Source: Eledone cirrhosa
Lineage: Eukaryota
DNA: 64,000 nt
Direction of reading: 5' to 3'
NCBI GenBank assembly: GCA_964016885.1
Contig: OZ024750.1
Location: forward strand, 7,812,001 to 7,876,000
Part shown: piece after piece, positions 26,709 through 39,822 of the stretch
How the letters are laid out: every line of letters begins with the position of its first letter
Numbering within the stretch: position 1 is the first letter of the stretch
Translations under genes and position numbers: made by a program
The notes under the pieces: generated by a model
Database searches by the model: none
Told to the model about the DNA's origin: nothing
What the model saw: only the letters and a program-made list of their open reading frames with translations

Positions 26709-28495
26709 TATATATATATATATATATATATCTTGGAAGACAAATGTACATACCGTAAGAGAATTATATATTACTTTATAAGTAAAGCTGATGGTGGAAA
26801 AATGATTAAAGCTATGTGATTTGATAAATATATAATATCAATGACAGAAAGAAGGAGGCATGGCGTAGTTTGTTACTAAAGTATATCTGTGATTTCTCGG
26901 AGAGTATTCTGTAAATGATATTAGGTAAATGTAATTATGTGCAAATATGTGTGTATATATATATATATATATGTATGTATGGGTATATATGTGTGTATAT
27001 GTGTATATATGCATGTATGTGTATATATATGTATATATATATGTATATAGGTATATATATATATGTGTGTATATATGTGTATATGTGTTTATATACATGT
27101 GTATATATGTATATGTGTATATGTGTATATATATGTATGTTTGTATATGTGTATGCGTGTACGTGTATGTGTATATATGTATATATATATATATGCATGT
27201 ATATATGTATTTATATATATATATATAATATGTGTGTGTGTATATATCTCATGATGATGGTGAGGACTGTGACACTAACAACAAACATATAAATATATGC
27301 CGGATAATAAGACATACTTCTTATGGCGAAAAATCTGTAAATAGTTTTATAAGTTTAATATCCGTAATAGATGAGAGTCTACCTAAGACTAGGGCGAATG
27401 TAGTATGTATTAATACATTAACCGAGCCTGTAACTTTATATATGTTGTCAATATAATGTAATAAATTGAATGATGACAAAATTAATAGAAACGGAAGATT
27501 CTGCATGACAATTTGGATTGCACTAATCTAAAATTGAGAAGATAAAATATATTTACTACAAGCAGAATATAGACTGTTACATTCCACATAGAAAACTGTT
27601 ATAGAAAACTGTTATGTATGGATTGTGGGCGGAAAAACCTGCTTATTAATAAAATATCTAAATAGAGAAGATAGATAGAATATATTTACTACAAGCAGAC
27701 TGTAGATTGTTATATTCCACAGAGAAAACTGTAATAAATCACCACAGCCTGAATGGATTGTGGTCGGAAAGACGGGCTTATTAATAAAATATAGTATTTG
27801 AAGGAATATGATAAACATTTGTGAATGATTCCCATTTTTTCGGGAGAGGTGGGAGAGAGGAAGAGAGGGAGAAATAAAGAGGAGTGTGAAGGCGAGAGTT
27901 AAAGAGAAAGTGAGTGAGATAAGGATCTTATATAACTGATTCGATTGATTTAGTGTGTAAGTTGAAAAACATAAATGCATTTGTAGGTACTCTCGGGTCC
28001 CAAATAATATAGGGGGTGGAAGAAGCAGATGGTGTGGTTGGAAAATCGATAATTTTTCTAGGCTGTTTCTGTTGTTGTTTTTTAAAAAACCAAAATTAGT
28101 CGTTTAGTTTACATATTAAGACCCCAACCCATCCTATTTATTTTAAAACGTAGGAGATTTATAATATTCTTTTATTTATTTATTTTTGTTGTTGCTATGT
28201 ATGATGTTTTTTAATGTATAAAGGAAAGTAATTGTGACAGGAATGCTACCACTTAAAACAATATTTTCGCCGAAGATAGATTAGCAAAGGTTAATAAGCG
28301 GGGGTAGAATAAGAGCGGGGGAGATTAATAATCAAGGGGTTGGAACGATTCTTCGAAACCCAACAGTAGTTTTTCATAATATAAACATAGATACATGAAC
28401 TATCTTGAAGACTTTCATACAATTTAGATTGGCAGGTATAACAAAAACAATCTAGAAACAGGAAAGCATATAGAAGTGTGTTATAAGCTATGGAA

Positions 28496-28680
28496 GTTGG
28501 ATTGGCAGTATCGGTCGAGGCTCGGCCGCCATGCTTTGCAGCATAGAGTGATGGTCCTTTAAGGTCTGAGTTCAAACCCCGCCGAGATTAACTTTGCCTT
28601 TCGTCCTTACGGGGTCGATAAAATAAAGTACCAGTAATGCACTGGGATGATTGCTGGCCTTGTGCCAAAAAGTAGAAACA
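28496..28680 (+). mobile_element. SINE S1 copy with a 16-bp TSD
   Basis: TSD gttataagctatggaa at 28480-28495 and 28681-28696. Confidence 0.92.
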
Positions 28681-29185
28681 GTTATAAGCTATGGAACAAT
28701 TGGGTCGTCAAATATGAAATTTGTAGAAATTTGTTTTGTCTTTTTTTAAGAAATTTCTACAAATTTCATACTTGACAACCAATACAACGTATTTTTGTAT
28801 AAATCACACCGACGAAATACACATACAGCATCTGTGTCATCTGAACTTAAAGATTGAAGAAGTTGAAATCAGATCTTATGGAAGATCTGTCTGAAATGTG
28901 CTACAAATATACTGCCCACCGGCATCAACCAGTTGTAGAAGTTGATTGTACGTGAAATACAATTATTGGATTTTCCATAGAAACCTTCTGGAAGTGTTTT
29001 AATAACAGAGCAGCTATCATATGTTGAGCATGTAATTTAAAATAATGACACTATAATTTCATTTTAAGAATCAAATTTGAACTGTTTTATACACATATAC
29101 ATATAATCATATATGCATATAAATATATATACATTCATGCATATAAACCTATATACATACATGCATATAAACCTATATACATACA

Positions 29186-29229
<44 letters not shown>

Positions 29230-29748
29230 TGTGTAGATGTATGTATTTATATGTATATAAGTGTATTTATTTATGTATGTATACATATGTATATATGTGT
29301 GTATGTATATGTGTGTATGCATGTTTATATATGTGTATAGATGTATGTATATGTGTATGTATGTATATGTGAGTATATGTGAGTATATATATATATATAT
29401 TACTGCTAAGGGGCCGGTGACCTATATCTTGGTAATTATAGTTTCACCTCCATAACTCTGTGAAATTAATTAGCATTTACAATATTGAATGTATATCGAA
29501 GAAAATTTCAACTAAGAAGAAAAAAACCCCATTTGCCTATCTGTTTACATACCATGGTATGCCAGTCTATCTATTTACACGCACACACATATACACGCAC
29601 GTATGTATGTATGTATGTATGTATGTATGTATGTATGTATGTATGTATGTATGTATGTATGTATGTATGTATGTATGTATGTATGCACGTATGTATGTAT
29701 GTATTATAGAAAACGAAGAATCAGTGATGCATCGAAACACAATTTATT

Positions 29749-29843
29749 AACATATGACAATTGTTTCTCCAGCGAACATCTTGCGGTACGGTCTATCTGT
29801 GGATCGAACCTTCCTCTGGCTTCGCTAGTTCCTCAGATACGTC
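29749..29843 (-). ncRNA. Type-I hammerhead motif with a long stem-II loop, inside element about 29705-29915
   Basis: Minus strand: gacgtat CTGAGGA a ctagcgaa ...(about 45 nt)... ttcgctgg a GAAA caattgt C atatgtt AATAAA. Palindromic stem III acaattgt, GUC site. Confidence 0.8.
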
Positions 29844-29907
29844 CAGCGACTTCAACGCAAAGAGTGCTCAACCGGCATACCGCCTATGGACGCATCTAAG
29901 CAACCTT

Positions 29908-29988
<81 letters not shown>

Positions 29989-29991
<3 letters not shown>

Positions 29992-30189
29992 AAAAAGTAT
30001 GACCCCGACGGTAGAGCTCAAGCCGTTTCGACGGCTATTTCTGGACTGCTATTTCCAGAAATAGCCTTCGAAACGGCTTGAGCTCTGCCGTCGGGGTCAT
30101 GCTTTTTCTATTTCCCACTCTACTACCCTAAGTATTGAGTACTCTGGTGCGTTATGGTCCATCTGGTTCCTTACCACATTTCCTTTGTT
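29989..30189 (+). mobile_element. Family A fold-back element
   Basis: Same structure; (TA)n on both sides. Confidence 0.85.
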
Positions 30190-30286
30190 ATATATATATA
30201 TAAAACAGAGCAAATAACACCGCTCAATATATATAGTAGATATATGTGTAACTATAGTTGCAGGTGGTTCGTTGGTTCCTTATATA

Positions 30287-30418
30287 TTCAATGTTTCCGA
30301 AGAAGACGGTGTGATCGAACCTATATATTATGTCTGATAGTATACAGTTCTCTAACTGCTATAGATCAGTCAATATTTCGATATGATCAACCCTCGGAAA
30401 CGATCGTAAAACAATGAA
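30287..30418 (+). ncRNA. Degenerate hammerhead (CCGAAGA core, about 90-nt stem II region)
   Basis: ttcaatgttt CCGAAGA ... ccctcg GAAA cgatcgt A aaacaatgaa. Homologous 3' half at 48560-48587. Confidence 0.6.
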
Positions 30419-30464
30419 TGAAATATGTAAAATAACTTGGTGTGTTTCAGAAAATAAAATCCTA

Positions 30465-30542
30465 ACCGCAACGCCAAGATGGTTTCGGCTTGTATTTGAA
30501 AAGGCTTACAAAATATAATCCGAAACCGCTAGGCGTCGCGGT
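30465..30542 (+). repeat. Short fold-back of a hammerhead-like 3' half (GAAAC...GTC)
   Basis: accgcaacgccaagatggtttcgg vs ccgaaaccgctaggcgtcgcggt. Confidence 0.55.
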
Positions 30543-31127
30543 CGTGTTTCTTCCCTCTTAATACCCACTTTGCCTTTTTCAACTCATAGATTTATGGTCT
30601 CCCCTGCAACTACAGACTGTATATATATAAACTATTTAAGCTAGAAAATTAAAGAAGAATATTTCTTCCAACTAGAGAGAAGCTTAGCACATTTGAAAAT
30701 TCTATGTGTATGTATGTATGTGTGAACGAGCCCATGTGTGCGTGTGGTGTATCTATGTATGTGTGTGTAGATCTGAATACTTAATAGTGCATACATGCAT
30801 ACTTATATACATAATGCATATATACACAATGTGTATGAGATATCTGAATCACAGCTATTCATATGCTTCTATCTACTACAAGTTGTACATCCTGCAGCAT
30901 ATGTTGTATATGATATATAAAGTGTGTGTGTACGTGTAGATAGATGTATGGGTGTGTTGAATACGCACAATAACGTCCACACAGATCCAGGCATGTAATA
31001 ACATACATACACACATACATACACACATACATACACACATACATACACACATACATACACACATACATACACACATACATACACACACAAACACAGCTAT
31101 ACATACATATTTACCTAGTTGATGCTG

Positions 31128-31188
31128 AATAAATTCCAATGAAAGAGTCTTGTTTCAATGACAGAAACCGGTTCAGTGGAAATTTATT
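31128..31188 (+). ncRNA. Degenerate hammerhead motif
   Basis: aataaattcca ATGAAAGA gtcttg ttt caatgac a GAAA ccggt tcag tggaaatttatt, then AATAAA; core mutated. Confidence 0.5.
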
Positions 31189-31789
31189 ATATAATAAAAC
31201 CAGAAGAACACACATGCTCACACACAAGCACATGTAAATATATAAATATATATAATAGTTCTATCAAGATCGAAGTTTTTATCCATCGTAATTCAAAGTT
31301 TCAGCTTCAGTGATTATCAAGCATCCAATCAGTTCTTTAAATTCTTCCTTCATTTATTTTCATACTATTTTAAAGTTCATGTCGTTATTGAATATCAGAT
31401 TGAAACCAAATACTAATTTGTTTCCACTCTTTAGTTCTATATTCTGGTGAGTCAAGTTTGCAGTATGTATTCTATCTATTATATGGCTCCCAACATTAAA
31501 CATTGTAGTCAAGTCAAGTTTTCTTGTCTATTAATACATTGAAAACCGTCTCATATTTCCAATAAAATGTTATTCAACTTTACCTGGGAGACGAGGATGC
31601 TCGACAGAAAAGGAAATATATTTTGAATACTGTAGTCTTATATAAACAAATTTTAGACATAATTTACAGCTTCTCTTGTTTTTTTTAAATCTATTTTGTG
31701 TATGTGTGTATATGTGTGACGTCTGAACAAGTATCCTCCACTAATTTACTCTCCGACTCTTGGGCCCAGCCGACTGGATGGAGAAGACA

Positions 31790-31965
31790 TTGCCCCACGT
31801 AGAGCTCGCACCTCACCTGCGGGCGGCCAACTCTGCTCCGATAGCAGTGAGCAGAGATGTGGTCTGGAGGTCAGTTCTGCTCCTATAGCAGTGACCAGGG
31901 ATGTGATCCGGGGATCAGCTCTGCTCGTATAGCAGTGAACAGGGATGTGGTACGGTCCGGAGGTC
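31790..31965. repeat. GC-rich repeat fragment with about 38-bp tandem units; homolog at 19285-19350
   Basis: cacctgcgggc...ccaactc.g.tccgatagcagtgag.ag.gatgtggt.tggagg is shared. Confidence 0.7.
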
Positions 31966-33334
31966 AAGAAATACGGAAGTCTCCACTGCTACATGCTCTC
32001 CTCAATCCCATCGGAGACTGGCTGATACTTGGATAGTTTGCCCTCTTCGGCCTACTAGAGCAGACCCTGGGCTGGTAACCTATATAAAATGTCTCGAGGT
32101 CATATTTCTCTTCGATCAGGGCTGACCTGGGATTAAATAACAAAACCATTAACAGGCTGCAGTTGCATATAATTAAAATAGAAGCTTATTATTAGCACAT
32201 CTCTTAGAAATCTATAGTCAAAGCGTATGTAATTTTAAACCAAAGTAAGTAATACATTATACATGAGACACACACTCATTGCGTCAGTAGAATTATTTCA
32301 AATCCAGTCTAGAAATATGTGATCTTAAAGCAAACCATTTGAAATGTAATATAGTTATGAATACTGAAATATATCATAACTTTGAATCAGCAATAATTTG
32401 AAAAATTATTACTTATTAATGATACCCAGGCATTCAGGCGCTTAATAGACACACTTAAAACGAAATTTCAACATTATATAACTATCATAAAATCAATGAA
32501 ACCGTTTTAAGTATAATACTCAAAGATAGTTTAACTAACACTAGCTTTAACAATATTTGATACAAAATGTTAAATTTAGTGCAGCCTTTCCTAAAAAACA
32601 ACTCTAGAAGTAAGATAGGCTAACCACTCCATTTATAAACTACAACTTTAATATAATGGTTTCTGATATAATCACAAGGGGGGGGGGGGGGGGCTCACTT
32701 AAATCGACCTCAGTGCCTCGGCTGCCACACACATATAAACACATGCACAAAATAGAAAACAACAAAAGGACATTTTAAGTCTTCATTCAAACTTAAGTCA
32801 AAGTTCATATTACTCTTTTACTCAATTACATGTTTCTGCCGAGACACGCTGAGACCATGCTTGGGCACCACAATTTATTTATAAGACATCATAAACGTAA
32901 CTAAAAATACATTTATACATCAATGTCTAATATTATTCTATAAATAAATCTATTTCTATGCCAACCAGTACACGATCTCTTACCTTCATTTAATAATTCA
33001 TTCATCATCAGTCTGGAAATTCGGTGAAGGATGTGTTTCACTGATAAGCACATAATAATATAGAAACGAGTCTGGAGTTGTTTACCGTACGTGCCCATAC
33101 AATGAATTTAATATTAGCTAATAATCTTGTTAATTTATTTTAGCGTCTGCACATAATTAATACTAATTAGTTGTGTATTTTTTGCTGCTCATTGTATTAC
33201 TCAACAAACAATTAAATAGAATATAACATCTGCAACTTTCAACATAGCAATGATCATTCTTTTAAATATTGCATATAGTGTCATATGCAAAATGACAAAA
33301 GAAAATTAATTTCCGTTTCTCACATTTGTATAAT

Positions 33335-33841
33335 ATATCTGCCAGACTCTTTCTAAAACGAAAGAGAGGCGGTTTTCCTCTGTACGGTGGCTATGGTGAA
33401 AGAAGTTATATGGTGGACGAGGTTGAGAGGACTGAGGACAGATGCCTTTCTCTCCGGACAACAATTGATTCCCTTCTTTAAGTATCACTTTAGAAGGAGA
33501 ATAAGGGTGGAGAGAGAGGCACTGCACCCCAGTAAATTTACTGAAAGGTGGGTGAATGAAGCGAAAATGGCCCGAGTGATTGGGCCTTCTCTGTTTATAA
33601 GCCTGTAGGTTGAGGGAGAGAGCAAAAGGAAGAAAGGAGCACTTGCACAACACGCTCCTCGAGTTGAGGGTTGTTCAATCGACGGGGTATTAAACAACCC
33701 ATTTGTGGCGCCTCCCCCCTATTGGGGATTTCGATTGTTGAAATTGTTTGTTTTTATATTTTTTACACGACTGTATGTAAAATCCCCGGCATGTCTTTGT
33801 ATTGTCCCCTTTCTTGTTGCGCCCTTGTGGCTAATAAAGAA

Positions 33842-33902
<61 letters not shown>
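33335..33902 (+). mobile_element. L1/Tx1-like LINE 3' end (ORF2 C-terminus, 3' UTR, AATAAA, (TATC)n tail)
   Basis: VAMVKEVIWWTR...FFKYHFRRRIRVERE...KFTERW* resembles Tx1-type ORF2 termini; GC-richer than the flanks. Confidence 0.65.
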
Positions 33903-33903
<1 letters not shown>

Positions 33904-33905
33904 AA

Positions 33906-34065
33906 TAATTGTTTCTACTTTAGGCACAAGGCCATCAATTATCCCAGTGTATTACTGGTACTTTATTTTATCGACCACGTAAGGATAAAAGGCAAAGTTA
34001 ACCTCGGCGAGATTTGAACTCAGTCCGTAAAGGGACGTAACTGTGCTACAAAGCATGGCGTCCGA
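33906..34065 (-). mobile_element. SINE S1 copy (5'-truncated)
   Basis: Reverse-complement match. Confidence 0.88.
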
Positions 34066-34182
34066 TAGAAATGGCTGTGTAGTTGATATTTAAGGTAACT
34101 TAAAATGCAGTGCGAATACGAAGAGAGCTAGAACAGGGGGGTCATTACCAGTTGTCTACTGGGGGTCTAGGATATTTCTACG

Positions 34183-34195
34183 CATATATGTATAC

Positions 34196-34244
<49 letters not shown>

Positions 34245-34733
34245 GTATATATATGTATGTATACATATATGTATGGAAATGTATATATATGTATGTTTAT
34301 GTATGTATGTGTATGTATGTATATATATGTATGTGTATATATACGTATGTATGTGTATATATACGTATGTATGTATATATATATATATATATGTGTATAT
34401 ATATGTATGTATATATATATGTATATACATGCATGTGTATATATATATGTGTGTATATATATGTGTGTATATATATATGTGTATATATATATATATGTGT
34501 ATATATATGTGTATATATATATATGTGTATATATATGTATGTATATATATGTGTATATATATATATGTGTATATATATGTGTGTATATATATGTATGTAT
34601 ATATATATATGTGTGTATATATATATATGTGTATATATATGTATGTATATATATATATGTATGTATATATGCATGTGTATATATATATATATATGTATAT
34701 ACATGCATGTGTATATATATATGTATATACATG

Positions 34734-34771
<38 letters not shown>

Positions 34772-34842
34772 CATGCATGTGTGTATATATATATATATAT
34801 ATGTATATACATGCATGTGTATATATATATATATATATATAC
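34183..34842. repeat. Compound (TA)n/(TG)n microsatellite
   Basis: Seen directly. Confidence 0.97.
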
Positions 34843-35049
34843 ATGGGTCATGGCCGGAGGTCGCTGAAATAAATTCGGTGATTTTCGTTAGCTATATATA
34901 TATAATAAATTGAAGTGAAAGCAACTGGTGCGTGTGTTTCTTATTGGCAACATGACCCTCCCAAAGCATAACAATATCGGTTTCAACACACGTTTTCAGA
35001 TAAAGAATCTTGCTAAACAAATTCAGAAACGAAATATATATATATATAT

Positions 35050-35318
35050 AAACAAACAAATTATAAACGTAAAGATATAAGTATGTTTTTGAAACGGTGC
35101 GCGAGTTTGAAATTAGAAATTAGAAATTAAGTGCTTTCACCGTATTTTAGACTAAAGAAATTTCTAGCCTGATAGTGGGGTTTATAACCCTCGGAGAAAT
35201 GGAAAAAGATGAGTGTTGCCGTACACTCATCTTTTTCCATTTCTCCGAGCGTTATAAACCCCACTATCAGGCTAGAAATTTCTTTAGTCTAAAATACGGT
35301 GAAAGCATATAATTTCTA

Positions 35319-35320
<2 letters not shown>
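35050..35320 (-). mobile_element. Family C fold-back copy (axis 35217-35222)
   Basis: Inverted arms about 35119-35216 and 35223-35320; same sequence and axis position as the 23389 copy. Confidence 0.82.
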
Positions 35321-35371
<51 letters not shown>

Positions 35372-35372
<1 letters not shown>

Positions 35373-35970
35373 TAATCTGTGCTTTTCGAATATTAATAAT
35401 AACATTCGATTCGTTTGCAATTATGCAAACAAGCCTCAATTTTATAGCCATGTCAGTAGAAAGAACCCTTCATTCTTGCTCTTTTGTTGGCATGTGAACA
35501 GAACGGCTGACACTAATGTTTCTGGGTATCACCCTTCATCAGTACGGCTCACTGTTCACCTGCCAAACAGTCAGAGTTAGTGAAAATATATGCTAGTTTC
35601 AAAAATACACAGTGACTGATCGGCCTGATTTGCATATTAGCAGACTGGCTGACCAGTCAGATGTGCATATCAGCAGACTGGCCAGTCAGTTTCCTGTATA
35701 CGAGCAATGTTGCCAACTTCAAACAAAAAAGAAAATTTTCGCTCTACATGGCTGAATACAATAAATGTAATCTCGAACCCAGAAACATTAGTGTCTGCAG
35801 TTCTGTTCACATGCCAACACAAAAGCAAGAATGAAGGGTTCATTCTATTGACATGGCTATAAAATTGAGGCTTGTTTGCATAATTGCAAACGTATCGAAT
35901 GTTATTATTAATATTTGAAAAACTCAGATCACGTTTATTGTATTCAGCCATGTAGAGCGACAATTTTCTT
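35372..35970. mobile_element. (TA)n-flanked doubly inverted element; hammerhead core at 35502-35549 (-)
   Basis: Arms about 35375-35527 and 35777-35931; second inversion 35731-35773 vs 35927-35969. Minus strand: gagccgta CTGATGA a gggt gat accc a GAAA cattagtgt C. Confidence 0.8.
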
Positions 35971-36220
35971 ATATATATATATATATATATATCCTCATTT
36001 GAAAACAAGAGAGAGGTGGACTGCGATGAATGATTTGCATAATGTCGAGTGCTTTAAGTTTTTTATATCATTGTTTATTAAGCGGAAGGACCAGTTCGAC
36101 CCATTCGCAAAACTACACAACTTAGAAACTTACATGCTGTGCGTGGATGTGTATGTATGCATATATATATATATTTATACGTGCGTGTGAATGAGTGTGT
36201 ATATAAGTATGCATATATCA

Positions 36221-36286
<66 letters not shown>

Positions 36287-36814
36287 ATGTGTGTGTGTGT
36301 GTGTAACATTACATAAATGAAACATTGACATTTGAGAAAGAAAAAAATCTATTTTACTGATTGTAAAATCGATGTAAATTCAACTTTATAGACTTCTTGT
36401 TTTTCTATTCCATAAATAAATAGAAAATACAATGAACGAAATATACGGGAGCTAAACACCTCTTATTTATAATTAAACTATAGTGATATGAAATACTATA
36501 TGAAATAATAAACATTGTTCTCAGCGTATTACGATATACATATGAAATGGCATCCCCTTAGAAAGGGAAATAACTCTATCATTTTTTCTGCCGGAGTTAT
36601 TCCTTTGATTTTATTACACACACAACTAGACTTTTGTAACGGAGAAGCAAGATGAAAAACAGATTTCTATTTTTCTCTATTATGGTAGAGTAGTTTGACG
36701 TGTTGTTACTTTATTGAAATACGTGATCGCTAGAAATTTCATCATTACTGTGCTGCCTTCTTAATAGCTTCATCTATCCGGACACTACGGTGCTTCTCGA
36801 AGTATATATATATA

Positions 36815-37000
36815 TAGAGAGAGAGGTAGAGCACTCAGTCCATGGGACGAGTTGGGTAGAAGTGGGTACACAACAGTTAGTGCACCATATCGAGATCCTC
36901 AGCTCGTAATGTCCATTACGAGCTGGGGATCCGCTAAGGTGAAACAATTGTTCTCGGTATGGTGAACTAACTGTTGTATAACCACTTCTCTCTCTCTATA
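36815..37000 (+). mobile_element. (TA)n-flanked fold-back with an inner hairpin (36894-36931) and a hammerhead 3' half
   Basis: Arms about 36858-36894 and 36952-36989; GAAAcaattgtT at 36941. Confidence 0.7.
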
Positions 37001-38567
37001 TATATATATATACCGCAGTTACCGGCGTCGAAGACGAAGAAAGAAAGGAAAAAAGTAAAAGAAAAAAAGAATTATATATAAGACTGGGGTTTCACATGTG
37101 TACTCATAGGATCAACAAACGAATCAAGTTTTGAAATTTAAATACACTCCTCCCCTTCTCATTCGTCTGAGACCCTAGGGCCAGTGCCTTTCCCTTCATT
37201 TTCCGTTTTTAAATCACACAATCATGCCTAAAGTTTTGTCTCACATATGTAATATAAAGAGTTGACTGGTTGTCTTCCAACAAGATCTCTTTGTACCATT
37301 GTTTCTAAGGAAGATAACTCATTTCATCATCATCTAACCTTTGTCCCATTCTTATATTTCTAAGATTATCAAAGGAAGTCATAATTGAGAGACGGAAAAG
37401 CTGGGACGATAAGACAATGTGATTGGAACATGTATGACATTATTTTTATATATTTATACAACTGCTGTGATAAGAGAACATCTACAAATCGATACCCAGG
37501 TGTAATCGATTTATCGTAATGTAGTATCAACAGCAAAAACGAAAGTATGATGAGTTACGTCCCATGAATTGCTTATTCCATAAAATCGAAAATTATCAGA
37601 ACTTCAAGGGAGGTAACTACAACTTACATACTGTATTTTACTGCACACATTTCTTTTTTCATCATTATATTTAATGTTTACGGACGTGGAAGAAATGGTA
37701 TTGCCGGATTAGAAGAATCATTAGATTACCGGATAAAATACCTCTTGTATTATTTACGTCCAAATAGTTTCTAAATTCAAGTCTCATCAAGGTCACCTTT
37801 AATTTTCATCCTTCCAAGACACCAGTTGAGAACTAAGTTCAATTTAAATCTTCTAAGTATCGTTCTAGATGTGAATGATTTTACTATAGTAAGCTATAAT
37901 ATTGAATGGATCTTAGTATTTCATTGGTATTTATTGGTATTTATTTAATCGCCCGGGGAAGGGTAAATGGCTAAGTTAACTCTGTTATAAGTAAATATCA
38001 AAACGTGTATTCTTCCCCAGCGCTCTATCGATTCTGGTATTTAACATCCATGATAGTTAAAAAGAAATAAAATGTATTTGTAATATCTTTATTACTCTCA
38101 TTCACACCACGCCATGAAACCGGGATAAGCACCGGCCAAATGCTCCCTCTGGCTTAAGACAGACTTTAGACTTTTTAGTGTGTGTGAGTGGATGAGAGCA
38201 GTGTCTGATATGTTGAGATATTTCAAAGAACCATGAACCAGACTCAGCCAATAAAACAAATGCCTCTCACATTGTTTGTCTTTTTGTTCCTTCCTTTTGT
38301 TGTCGACCAATCTCAAACCATTTTTTTCTTTCTCCCTACTAAACGACGTCTGGGAGAAACTTCCAGAATTGGAGTCATGTTTGGTAATACAAACCTGATC
38401 GATGAGTTCCCTTTGAGTTTGACTGCTGCCTCTTAATCTTCTTCACATTAAATCACCGTAATTAATTAACATTGATTCCCATAATCCTGCATACCTAACG
38501 CTTGTCCATCCCTGCCTTTATCTATAGTTATATGATTATTATTTTTACATTAATTATGAATAATAAA

Positions 38568-38748
38568 TAGGGTAGACCCCGAGTAAGATGGTTGGATAAC
38601 ATCCATGAGCTTGGCTGGTCTCGCTTGGGGATCCAGCCAGATTAGTTGGAGATGGTTACATCTGACAGGCCCTGCTGGAAAGAGTGTTTGAGGATTCTTC
38701 CCCATTTCCCTCCCAGGAATAACTGGACAAAGAAGAAAATGAAGAAAC
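38568..38748 (+). mobile_element. RTE-clade LINE 3' fragment (same family as 45065)
   Basis: Shared gtagaccccgag.aagatggttggataacatccatga; GAA-rich end. Confidence 0.78.
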
Positions 38749-38885
38749 AATATATATACAACGATTCAAAGGAAGATACATTCTGACTGTTTGTGGTCGC
38801 CTGCTTTCTCATTTGACTACTGTTAATACTATATTATTTTCGGTGGCAGCGATCGTCTCAATTATTATTATTTGTATATGTATTA

Positions 38886-39067
38886 CTATGCTTTGCAGCA
38901 TAGAATTATGGCCCTTTACTTCAGAGCTCAAATCCCGTCGAGGTTAGCTTTGCCTTTCATCCTTACGGGGTCGATAAAATAAAGTACTAGTCGCGCACTG
39001 GGATCGATTTAATCGACATTCCCCTCCCCAAAAATTGCTGGCCTTGTGCTTATATAAGAAACAATTA
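38886..39067 (+). mobile_element. SINE S1 long-tail variant, 5'-truncated
   Basis: Core match. Confidence 0.85.
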
Positions 39068-39654
39068 CATTCGGTGGCAGCCATCTTGTCCACTGCATGT
39101 TGGCTGCAATTAGACAGCAATCAAACCATTTACACAAACAAATATTATTCAAGTAGTTTTTCAAAATGATTTGTAGTTGAATCATAAAAGGTTTTATATA
39201 TTTATATTTTTCTTGTATTGTGTCTCGTATTGCATGTGATCGTAAAACGTTCTGTCGGTCAAGCAGTAATAATAATTTCTCCTGAACAGTATAATCTCAG
39301 TAGGTGGCGCAAAAGTATCTGATTTATTGATGCAAGACAATATTCCCATAGCAACAACAAAGTCAAATAATTATGACTGATTTCTAATAAAGAACGAAGC
39401 TATCTAATTTTGTGGAAGCCTGTTTTCGGAAGCTCCACTGATACTTTTTAATATTATTATTACTAATGGCTTCTGATTAAGGCACAAGGCCAACAATTTT
39501 TGGGGAAAAAGAAAGTCAATTACATTGACCCCGGTGCATTATTTTATTGACATTTTAGGGATGAAACTTTTAGAAACAGGTAAACAATAAAGTGCATATA
39601 TACATGATGTAAACCTTTCAGAAATAAAGTATAATAATAATAATGGTAATAATT

Positions 39655-39822
39655 TCACAAGGCCAGCAATTATCTCAGTACATTACTGGTACTTTATTTT
39701 ATCGACCCCGTAAGGATGAAAAGCAAAGTTAACCTCGGTGGGAATTGAACTGAGACCGTAAAGGGGCGTAACTCTATGCTGAAAAGCATGGTGTCCGTCG
39801 CTCTACCGATACTGCCAATCCA
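39655..39822 (-). mobile_element. SINE S1 copy
   Basis: Reverse-complement match; an older fragment lies at 39465-39565. Confidence 0.88.

Noticed and set aside
28700-28782. 33-bp-arm inverted repeat next to an S1 SINE
   Set aside because: Real hairpin, but it has no TA flanks, no ribozyme motif and no second copy in the window, so it cannot be assigned.
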